Part shown: in pieces, positions 39,401 to 51,400 of the stretch | Layout of the letters: every line of letters starts with the position of its first letter | How positions within the stretch are numbered: position 1 is the stretch's first letter | NCBI GenBank assembly: GCA_964234715.1 | Contig: OZ174283.1 | From: Podarcis melisellensis | Lineage: Eukaryota | Length of the DNA: 64,000 nt | Strand: one strand, 5' to 3' | Position numbers and translations under genes: made by a program | The notes under the pieces: model-generated | The model's input: only the letters and a program-made list of their open reading frames with translations | Databases searched by the model: none | What the model was told of the DNA's origin: nothing

Positions 39401-42400
39401 AACTGAGCTGAATGCTTAATCTGAAGGAAGCACAACTGAATTCAATAGGTATCTGAAGAAGTGTGCATGCACACGAAAGCTCATACCAAAAACTAACTTA
39501 GTTGGTCTTTAAGGTGCTACTGGAAGGAATTTTTTTTGTTTTGACTATGGCAGACCAACACGGCTACCTATCTGTAACTGAATTCAATAGGATTTACTCC
39601 CTAGTATGTGAATGTATAGGACTGCAGACTTAGGGCCCTTTTAGACTAGCGGGGTTGTTGTTTTTTGTGTAGCATGTCACTAAGCAAATAGCAGTGCATT
39701 AGTAGTGGATTTATATTGAGCCACATAATTTTGCTTTCCTGGTTGTTCTGTGATGCTTCCTCATTGCTGTCACATTATTGGCATTTGGAGGGGTGCTCTT
39801 GCAGTACAGCACAACAGGAGCAGGACAAAGCAACAACATTTGTGGTACAGGATGCAGTTTTTCATCAGAAGGTACAGAACATGCATCAACTGGAACTTGA
39901 AACTTTTGCAACTGCAAATTATCACTGAAAGAAGGATTTCGTCTAACTGCCCTGGTACAGATACTGTCATGAATGCACAATAAAAAAAGGAAGCCTGGAA
40001 CAACCCTTAGTTGCTACAAACTTTGGTCAGTTATAAATAAAAACAAGCCCTTTCATGATAAATTTTGAAAATGCAATAGCTTCCTTGCAAGAGAAACTCT
40101 TGCTTTCTAAGGATGAGACCTTACCTGGGAGGAAGACCACTACAGAGTCATCAGTGTTTGGTCTCTCTTCATAGTCCATCATGACCTGGGCAGAGCCTTG
40201 GCGGGTGTAGCAGCGGACTGTAGATTTATGATTAACATCACCACTACGGTAAATTATAGCTGCCAGTTGCCCATCTTTTTCATTCACTGTGTATACAGGT
40301 TCCTTGAACTGGACTTTGGGTACTAGAGGGGAGGGAAGCATTCCAGCATCATGAGTTAGTCTTTTTATATCTCGCTATGATCACCTATGATTCAGATTCA
40401 TATGGGGCCATTTCATGGTAATTCATCACCTTTCTCTTACATTCATACTGGGGAAAAGTTAAAACGTTAAGTTCATATCAACAGTTACACAGGATTACTG
40501 ATGTGCATATGTGTGTGCATAATATAATTAGGGGGGGGGTGTTTGTGCTGGGAGCACGAATGTGGAAATCGCAGCAGTTCCTATGCATGTTTACTTGGAA
40601 GTAAGCCACACTGTGCTCAATGGGACTTAATAAATGTGTTTGGGATTGCAGCCACAAACAACTTTCCCCTTAGTGAATTTTCTAGGCAATTGAAAGGTTG
40701 TAGAATCTAGAGTACTTACAATCAGTGATGGTATCATTGATGAAAATGGTGGTTTTGCTTGGTTCCCCAAGTACTGCATTCATGGGCATTCGTAGAACAA
40801 GTTCAAACTTTTCTGGTCCCTCAAGGACAGGCTGTCCTAAATCATCCAAGATGGTCACACGGAAAGTCTGCATATTTACACCAGGTACAAAATCCAGGTT
40901 TCGGCTGATGCCAACGTAATCAACTCCAGCTACATAAGAAGCAAGAGGGACTATTTCGAATCACATCCATTAGATTTTACAACTGTCTTATTAAATTAAT
41001 ATTTATTTTATTCATAGAATGATAGAATTGTAGAGTTGGAAGGGATCCCGAGGATCATCTAGTTCAACTCCCTGCTTTGCAGGAACCTCAACTAAATCAT
41101 GCATGACAGGGGACCACCCAACATCTGCTTAAAAAGGTACAAGGAGAGTCCACCACTTCTTGTGGATGTCTGTTCCACTGTCAAACAGCTCCTACCATCA
41201 GAAAAGTCTTCCTGATGAATCTCCTTTCTTGTATCTTGGAAGCCACTGATTCGGGTCTTACCCTCCAGAGCAGGAGAAAATAAGCTTGCTCCATCTTCCA
41301 TCTTTAGTTATTTGAAGATGGCCATGATATCTTCTCAGTCTCCTCTTTCTGAGGCTAACCATACCCAAATCCCTCAACAGTTCTTCATAGGGCTTGGTTC
41401 TAAGTGCTCACAGACCAGCCATTTCATTATCTGTTCTAGGACATTTCCTGGAATCAACATTAAGCTGACTGGTTGGTCACCTGAGTCTTACCTGAGTCTT
41501 CTTTCACCCTGCTTTTGAAGATGGGGATAACATTTGCCTGCCTCCACTCTGCAGGTACCTCATCTATTTTCCAATAATTCTCAAAGATTATAGACAGAGG
41601 CTGATATTACATCTGCAAGCTCTTTAGTAGCTCTTTAGTGCAGCTCATTAACAATTATTAACCATTACATTTATTTTTAGCAAATCAGATTTTTGTCTTA
41701 TTGTTATTCTTAGGTTAGTTGGATTAAACCAATTAAATTCCTCAGTTGCACTCTAAAAATAAAAATATTAGGTTCTCTTATAATTTTGCCCATAATTCCA
41801 CACTCTGGAATCACAATATCTGAAGGAAACTGTTGGGGAGTATTCTGGGCAGCTATTTATTGAAAATGTGTACTGAGATTTTCCTGGGGAAATCTGCATA
41901 TGTCTGAATAATGCACAATGCAAACGTATCTGGACTTAAAGATGACATCTGCACAGAGCAGAAATCAATGCTGAGATACAGCACATCAGTAATGCCTCTT
42001 GGAAAAATTAATTCACCTTCTGCAGATAATGGTTCTGTTTTCCTGGAGCGCACAGTGACAGTGGCTGCTTTAGACAGGTCAGTTCCAGTTCTCCAAACAC
42101 GAACTTCGATGTGGCCAGCACTCTCAGCCACATGATATTCTGTGTCACCAAAGTAAAAAGCAGGTTCTAGAAGCGGAACATAAAAAGGAGAAAAGAGATA
42201 AGAGCTCATCAATTTCCCAAAAGACAGTGATCAGGTAACAAACCTGTAACTTGCAAACAAATGAATCAGCAGGGCAATCCTTTTAGGGAAATCTCTTGTA
42301 AGTAAAATGAGTTAGAACTACGCAACCAAAGGAACAAAATGATTTTTTTAAAAATGATTTTTGGCAATTAACAAAAATTGTTGCCAAAATAGAGTCCTTT

Positions 42401-45400
42401 ATTTACTATACACATGGTATTATTCTTCATTCCTCAAAGTGAAAGACTTGCCTTTTATCAGGGTGAATCCCAAAATTTACAAATCAGGTCAGGGAAAAGG
42501 CCAGAGTAAAAATGGGCTTAAGTAGTCACCCCATTGTTTAGTGTAAGAGATCAAACATCACAAGACTGACTGAAACTAGCACTAATTTAGCAGCTCAGCA
42601 CATTAATTAGCTGGGCAGGTGGATGGGGAATGTCTTCGTTTTCAATTAAAAGCAATTTCATTATACTTTGTCTAACACAGTGAATACAGCAGCCTTTGGA
42701 CTTAAGTTTTTTAATTGATATTCTGCTTAGTTCCAATGCAGCCCTCAAGGCAGCTCCTCTATCTTCATACAGGCAATAATTGTGTCAGCCCTGCTTGAGG
42801 ATGCTTACTTTGGTTTTCCTAACCTGAAGCACTCTAAAAACCTTTAAAATTGATTTAACTGATGATCGGGTATTAAAAAGTGAAGTATATATTTTGTAGG
42901 GAACAACAGCTCTGAAGTACTGGGCCAGTCACCCAGAGAGTGTGTCTGGAAACAGTACTCTCTGTAAAGTCATACATTCACTTTTCATCTCACTCTGCTA
43001 TGATTGCCTGGCTCGCACCTCAATATTTAGGCACTTTTATGCACAAAGAGAGGATATTTCCAGGGGTGACAGCAGGGGAGACAAGACTGTGGACAAACTC
43101 ACAGATACCGGACAACTGCAGGAGATGGAACGTCTCTTAGCCTAACCGTTTGCACAACACAGCACTTTGCCATAGGCAGCTGGTTCAGCTGTGAGCTGAC
43201 CACCCAGGAGGCAATAATGGCAAAGAAGGCCAAGCCAGCTCCTCACCAATTGGAGTTCGCTTGTCAGTAGATACTTAAATAAAACATGGGGAGGGGACTC
43301 TTTCTCCAAACTTAGGGTGCTTCTTGACAGGAGATGAATACTACAAATGAGAGATGTCACCAATTATAACTGGCGACAGGCTTACTTTAAACTTAATTGG
43401 ATTTTCTGAAGAAAGCATAAATCTGGATTAAATGGGGGTGGGAATACAGGCTAGCACTTTGCTGCTGATTTTGTCAGCATAATAAATCCCATAATAAACA
43501 TACGTCTGGAAGCACACATAGTTAAATGTTTATAAACCTGCTTCCATGGTTGATGCTTATATTTTTTACAGATCCAATAGATGCTCTTCCAGGCACAGTG
43601 AGAATACTGGCTAGGTGGTAACAGCTGCCCAGACTAGAACCAGCAGCTTTCATAGAAACAAAGAGCTAGAAGTGACCCTGAGGGCCCCTTGATCCAACCA
43701 CCTGCAATGCAGGTATCTTTTGCCCAACACGGGGCTCAAACCCACCACCCTGAGATTGAGAGCCTTATGTTCTACCAAGTGAGCTATCCACAGGGCGCTG
43801 TGCAGCTGCCCCGTGTAGTGAGCTGTCAACTTGACCCCACCTATCCAAGCTCAACATTGCACTCTCTTTGTTTGGACAGGGACCTTCCCTGAGCATCAAG
43901 GTCTTTCTGGTGTCCCCCACCAAACCCTGCATTCCTTGTCACTGACTGCTGGCATTGTTCCTGAGATCCAATTCCTAGCTTGGTCGCTCAGGTCTGACTT
44001 CTCGGTCAGTTCTTGGCTTCTGGATCACCTTTGACAACTGCTTTCAGCTCAGCCTTGACCCAAGTCAAGGTGTGCTGATAAGGACCCAATACCTTATCAG
44101 CACACCTAAGTTTGCTGGTGGAATATAATACAGTCCCTGCCCATCAACGCTATGATTAGTGGTGCTAACACATTCAGAATATTAGTGCCAATTTGGGTGA
44201 GAAAAATACTACCAATTTGCCTCACTGGATATTTTGCCTATCTCCAAGTGTCTGCAATATTTAGCTTCCTGTGATTTAGCAAACCGAACAAGAGACAAAA
44301 TAAGAAATCAGAGGCAAAGGAATTGCTAGTTTCAAACACTGATAAGCAGCTTCAAACCATGTTGCAAATTGCAATGAACAGCTGTTGGTATATAAATGTC
44401 TGTGTTTCTGTTGCTATGCACATATGCCGTGAGATATTTATGTTGCACATATTTTCATTTGTGCAGCCCTCGGCAATTAAGATCCATGCCATAAATACGT
44501 TTCAGAATAAATATATTTATATAAATATTTGTGGGCACAGGGCCAGATCCTGATCTCACTCTCAGATCATTCTCCCAAAGGGCAACTCCCTCCCAGCATT
44601 TGCATTAGTGTAACTGTAACAAAGCACCTGCACATAATATCTAAAGCTTATGAGTTCAAACCCCTATTTTCAACCCCCACCCCCTGTGGTGTGCCAATCA
44701 CGAGAGCCCAAGCCATAATAGGATATAACAGAAGAAGCACACCATCATAGAAGTGTAGAGTTTGAAGGGACCTTGAGGGCCATGTAAGTCGAACTTCCTG
44801 CAATGTAGGAATCTCAATTAGATCATACATGACAGATGACCAGCCAACCTTGCAAGTGTAGTCAAGACATCAATGATGCCGGAACCCCCCCCCCCCCAGT
44901 TTCTTTTGTTATGTTTGTCCACCACAGCACTGCCACTTCTATTCCTTTTAGTGGGGCTGTCCTGGGACGCCCACTGTAAGCACCACTAGAAAACAATGGC
45001 GGCTCAATAGTAACAGTTCCTGTTGCTTAATGAATTAAGCACAAAGTGTGCATGCCTCAGTGTACAGTTTGTGCACAGAAACTAAAAAGAGCAGTGCCGG
45101 AGCCATTATATAGCATCCTCAACATTTTAATTAAATACAGTTACTCTTCCCATTCATACAAAAATTAATTAGGAGACTACTAAACAGACATGACTGGAGG
45201 CCTTCAGAACATGACCCTAGTCACGCCTCAGTTATTACAGGGATTTAATCACTTGTCTCTGAAATATAATCCACTCTTGCTAGATGGACCTAAACACACT
45301 GCCAGCAAGCTTTGAGGCGGAACCCACTAATAACTGGAAGAGAACAGAGGCCTATCTAACATATCTCCTTTTCTCTCTTGGCAAGACAACAACCCGTGTA

Positions 45401-48400
45401 GCTGGAGCTACACCCCAGTCAGAAGAGAAAATATGTGCTTTTCTTGTTCTTCATTTTCCATCTGTACCAAGCAAAGCCAATAAAGCCAGGAAATTTTTAC
45501 AATAAGGTAGTCCAGTAACAATGAAGTCAATTTTCTTATGGCAGTGAAATATTCCACATGAACTTCTTCTGCCCATGGTATCTCTAGAACAATCTTTCAA
45601 AGACAGGCCACAGCAAATAGGATAAATAATAAGAGCCTTTAAAGACTTTTCTCGGTCAACAATTTCCTTAAGTAGGTGCCCAGATTGTGAAACAATTGCC
45701 ACTAATGCTTTAATGAGCACACATCCAATAGCAGAAATGGTGTCAGAAAGAGAAGAACAACAGACTGAGGTTGCTTTTGTAATTTAGCACTCACTCTTCT
45801 CCTCTGCCTCTAGCAAAGCTTGGGACTCTGCTATACAGCTACAAATGAAACATTTTAAATGTGTTGCAAAGTGCATTATACAAATGTGACACTAAATGGT
45901 GATGGTGAGCTATGGCAAATTGAATATATTTTTCAAAACTTTTTTCAATTTTTTTTTCACTTTTCTTAAAAAAAATCGCAGCGTTTTATATATGTTTCTA
46001 GATTCCACCTTGGTTAGAAGGGAACACCTTTATAGAATCATAAACATTAACCCTATGCAAGATTTGATACTGCTTATATGCGTATATAAACAAACAATGT
46101 TCTATTTTAATTTTAAAAACAAGCTATTTTAAACACATTTTCAAACATTTCTTTATGAGGAAATTTATCAGCAGATAATGATGTTTGTAAATTAAAAAGG
46201 AAAAAAACTGAAAAAGTTACACTGCTCTGAAATATGTGAGCTAATGAAGCGGCAACTACAACAAAGAAGGTAATGCCTTTCCCCTAAAATCCTTTTATTT
46301 ACTTAGTATCATCCACAAATACATACAGTTTCTTAAGCTAACTCAGCACTTTTTTTAATGGCAGTGAAATCTTTTGAGCCAGCGGTTAATTTAAAATCTA
46401 TTTCTGTTTTCTTCAGAGAAGACTTTACGGTGTTTACTCAGGCTATCTGGATAACCTTGTTGTTCCCTTATTTAAAAACATAAGCACTGGACACAAAACC
46501 TGTTCTACCAGCCATGCCACTTAAACATTCCTGTAATAGAGAACCATGGTAAGATTTCCGCTTCCTTATAAAATCACAAGTTGTTTGCATCTCTGTCTTC
46601 AAAGCGCATTACCGTACAACTGGATCCTTTGTTCAGCTACACATGATCAGAAGGCATGCTTCTGAAGAACAAGAAAATAACACAGAACCCACAGTTTACT
46701 ACTAGTGTATGATCAAGGGCTTGCTGCAAATGCCATACTATTCAGCCGTATCTAGAAAACCAAGATCAAAGGATTGGCTTTTTGTCTTGACTACCTGTTT
46801 ATGAAGCTTTTTTAAAAAAGGAATCATCAACAGCTGGCACCTGTGATGTTACAGATCAACAGGTCACTGATTACCTTTTGAAATTCAATTTAAGCATTTC
46901 CCTTATCAAGCACATGTCTTACTTAAAAGAATTTAATGTGGAACACACATGAATATACAGACAGAACCTTTGATTTGCTGTCCTTTAAATAGCATGAATC
47001 TGCATCACCAATATGCAGAACTCCAGTTGGATCAAGTATTTATACGGGTATACCTCATTTATTTCACACCACTTTACTGCTCTTCAAAAATATTGCGGGT
47101 TTTTTTTTTTAAAAAAACAAACAAATTGAAGGACTTGGAGACAAGGATGCAGGAGCCTGTCCCTGCTGCAAAGTAACTCTTGCTGCACCTTACAAGGACA
47201 TGGGCGCAGCTGCAGGCAAGACCCTGCATCAGAAAAAAGATTATGACTTGCTGAAGGCTCAGGTGATGGTTAGCATTTTTTAGCATTAAAGTATTTTTTT
47301 AATTAAGGCATGTACATTGTTTTTGTAAAATGTAATGCTATTGCACATTTAATAGACCACAGTATAATGTAAACATAACTTTGATATGCAATGGGAAACA
47401 AACAAACAAAAATGTGTTACTCGCTTTATTGCATTATTTGCTTTATTGCGGTGGCATCAAGTGAACTCACAATAGATCAGTATTGACTTGTATTGACTTT
47501 AGCCTAGACACCTGTATTGCCTAGACGCCTGTATTGACTTTAGCCTAGACACCTGTAGCATACTCTACTTTCTAGCCCCATCAACTGTTCATCAGGGATG
47601 AATGGAGACCTTTGCATGGAGCCCATACAATTGATACTCATGGTTTCCTGAGCAGTTTTTTAGGCTCTTGTCCTGCAATATACCCATTATGCTGGGGAAG
47701 GGGGTGGGGGAGAAGCTAAATGGTGCATACTGTACAAAGGAATAAAACTTGCTGTGTGCTTTCCCCTCCTGCAGGTCAAGCCCAGATTTCCATCACCTAT
47801 GAGAATGGAGTGCAATGAATCATGATTCAGCAGCCTGTTTTGATCATTCCTGATACTTTAGAAATATTTAGAAAACATTGCACGTGCATTTATAAAATCA
47901 AATGTATATTCATGACTTTAAGAAAACAAAAAAGGAGTAACAATTGCAGTATGTTTGTAATATCACTGATTTCCTGTCAACCTTCACAATGCAGAGCCAG
48001 TTTCTGCTGTGAACACACAAAAGTGGCTTCCCCTGAGATCTGTCCAGGAGAGCAGGTTAGCAGCACATCGCTCCCAGAGTCCCGGAATCCAGGTCCTTCC
48101 GCAGTCTAATGCCCCACAGTGTGTGTTGCTGCACATTGTCAAAATAAAAGACGACAACAAAACTCAAAGAAACTAGGACTTAAAGAGTGCTCCCTAACTT
48201 AAAAAACCAATGCCATGCTATATATACCAATAGCAAACACATTCTCCAAGTGTGAACCTTCATGCAGCTCAAACATCATTACCCACAAAGAAGAGGAAGG
48301 TATCATGAGGGTCTAAAGTTTGAAGTACAAAAAAATTGTTTGAACAAAAATCCTAAAGGGGTGGGGGGAGATTGCATTTTATTCCTCACAGGGCTTCAGT

Positions 48401-51400
48401 TCCCAGCAACCTTAACAAATTATGGTTCCCCGGTTTCAGGGGTGTGAGAGTTAAATGTATGGTGTGTGCATGCAGCCATTTCTCACTTCTCTGTTGATCC
48501 CCATAAGGAGGCATTAGATGCTTGCGAAACAGGATAAATTTTGGGATCTTGGGAGCGACTGCTGCCATTGTTCAGAGCTCCTTTCCCTGCATTCAGCTGC
48601 CCTCAATTTGAAACACATTAAAATGGCATAATAGGATCAGTGGCAATACTGAACAGCCCAGTTTAACAATCCGGTGTTAATAATGGATAGAGATCTCACA
48701 TCTGAATTTCCATATGATTTCCTACTTAGATGTCAAGGTCCATCAGATCCAAATATACTGTTTTCCTGCCCAGATAGAGCAAAGAAACATGATATTTCAA
48801 GCATTTTAATCTTCACTTTAAATTTAGTTTTTATTCAAGGTTGGGTTTTTTTACCACTTAATATTATCTCTTTCAAGCTCTAATACCAGATTTACAGAAA
48901 GGAAATACTATGTATAATTACTTTATTGTTGAGTGAATGACAGATGGGTATCAGATAGTGATCGCTCTGAATTACAGTATTGTCTTCTCTCAGAACAATT
49001 TTTTTTCTCTCCCTCAGCCACCACTCAGACACCATAGGAAATAATTGCAGCTCTATAGCTTTCTCTCCTTCAATAAACCTTAGAACATTAGTTAGGTGAC
49101 AACAGTTGAATTTATTTCTCTTTCTGTCGCAGAACTGATACGCCCAGGAAAAAGATCAAGCCATACACAGTTTTGTAGATTTCACTAACAGGATGCAGCA
49201 CAAATGTTTTACAGTGGATTTTTAAAAATAATTTTATAAGCAAATGCAGTTTTTAAAATATACAAATAATGAAAAGGCAATTTACAGCGACACTTACCTT
49301 CAAGGTCTGGTGCCTGCTTCACACCATGATCCAGTGTGGAACATGGCAGAAGGTGTTTTCCAAGGCCAGAGCGACTCCAAACTGGTCTCACGCTGGCCTG
49401 GGAAGTGGATGCTAGCTTGCCCAACATCTGGCCAATCACAGCCAGGCTGGATGCAGCGCTCTACCCAGGGGGCGGTCCCAACTGAGCCAAAAGGTTTCAC
49501 TCTAGTCCGTTTCTGGACTATTTAAACCTGGCCTGCCTCAATAGTGAAAAGGTAATTTACAATGTACATTCATTGTTCGTCCTTGTGCCAGCCAGTTTTT
49601 GTCAACCTGGTACCCTCTACTCTCATCAGCCCCTAACAGCATGGAACAAGGTCAACAAAGGCTGGACTTGACTCTAACCCAAAGAAGAAAACTGCAGTGA
49701 ACTTTGTAAATAATACCTCTAGTGGAATGTATATTTATACTGCTTTAAACACTCTTAAAGTTTATTTTACTGACAATATCTGTGCCCAAATCTCATCATA
49801 ATGGATTTGTAAAATGCCACCACCACAAAAAAATCTTCGATAAATACTTTATGATAAATCTCTGTATTTATCTATAAACATTGCGATGAAATACATTTTT
49901 CCTTATCCAAAGTTCTGCTCTTTTCTAACACCGCCTAATCTGTCAAGCTGATAATTACATACTGTTGTTCAGTTTTCCAACTTAATTATCCAATTTAAAT
50001 TATTTTCCCTCTGTTTTCAACACTGACATGCAAGACTAATTTGCAGATCACACTAAACTATGTTTAGCAAGATGTGCACAAGCAGGGATTGACCTGCCAT
50101 GACTTCAGGGCTCATGTCCCCACCCATGCAGTTTTAAGTTTCACTTTTAAAGTTGGCTTGTTGTGTTGTTCAGGTCAGGGATTGTGGTTCACAAGAAACA
50201 AGCCAGTTTCAGAAACCACGGTTTGAAGTTTTGAAAGTGACCAGAGTTTGTTTCAAGCCAAGATCCCTTGTCCAGATGACATTTCAAGTTGACATTCAGA
50301 GGAAGAAGAAAGCTGCTTAAGGCTTCTCCCAACTGCATGAGGCTCCAAAGCATGCTGTGACTTCTTCATGTGTCACTAAACCATGGTTTAGAAAGATGTG
50401 CAAACTGAGAATGGCAATTAAGTACCAAGAAGAAAGGGGGCAGCCTTACTTCCTCTACAACATAAAGTATCTATATATTTAACTATTAATTGATAACATC
50501 TCTATTTTGTAACATTATTATTCAATCTCCAATTGCCCTTTTTAAACAAAAGAAAACAAAAACCTCTTCAGTTCCCAGACTCATTCCTTTGATTACTATA
50601 TAGCTGACATAAATCTTATTCCCAATCTTTGCTGTTTTTATGTTTGAAATAACATGCAAGTGGAGAAAAAAAACCTACTTTCTAGTATGAATTATAGTGG
50701 CATGAATAGTATGCATAATTAATTTAATCTTCATTTAAGATTTGCCAAACACATCATTTCTTAGCTGGAAATGTTGGAACACTTTAGGAAGATGTGCACA
50801 ACTTGAATACTAATTTGATTTGTCTAATTTTTCATTTATCACTCATTAAAATCTTCTGCCACTATTAATTTTCCCTCCCTCCACTTATCTGCATTTCTAA
50901 CTAATCTCTGTTACTTTGTGTGTGAACAGACTAATCTGCACATCTTTTTTTAGCAGTGAAAATGTACCCTTCATAAAGTCCTTTACTTGAAAGATCTATC
51001 TGACAACTCTTACCATAAGTAATAAAAAAATAAACCGAAGTTTTCTCCTTTTAAAGAAAATGTGATGTGGGAAAGGTACAATAAGTACAGATAAACCTTT
51101 TGCTGCAAGTTTTGGATGATAAAAAGGGCTATTGCTACTCTATGCTTTGATATCCATTTCTGAAATGTTATTACTATATATTTGGGTTACTTCCTATTTC
51201 CAACCCTTCTGTTAGTTTTGTCCGTCTTGATATCTGCTGGAGTTCCCCTGCAACTGCCTGCACTGAGAAGATTCCTCTCCAAAGAAAATCCTACATGCCA
51301 AATAGGTTTTTTTAAGAATACAGTAAAACAGAACACACTTGTAAGCGCTTTTAACAGTCACCTCACTCTAAGCAAAGCACTGAAACCCACAACTGGTCAG

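Noticed and set aside
43718-43789. tRNA-Lys gene on the minus strand
   Set aside because: The stems and anticodon arm are mutated and it is fused to a CR1-like tail, so it is a SINE head rather than a functional tRNA.
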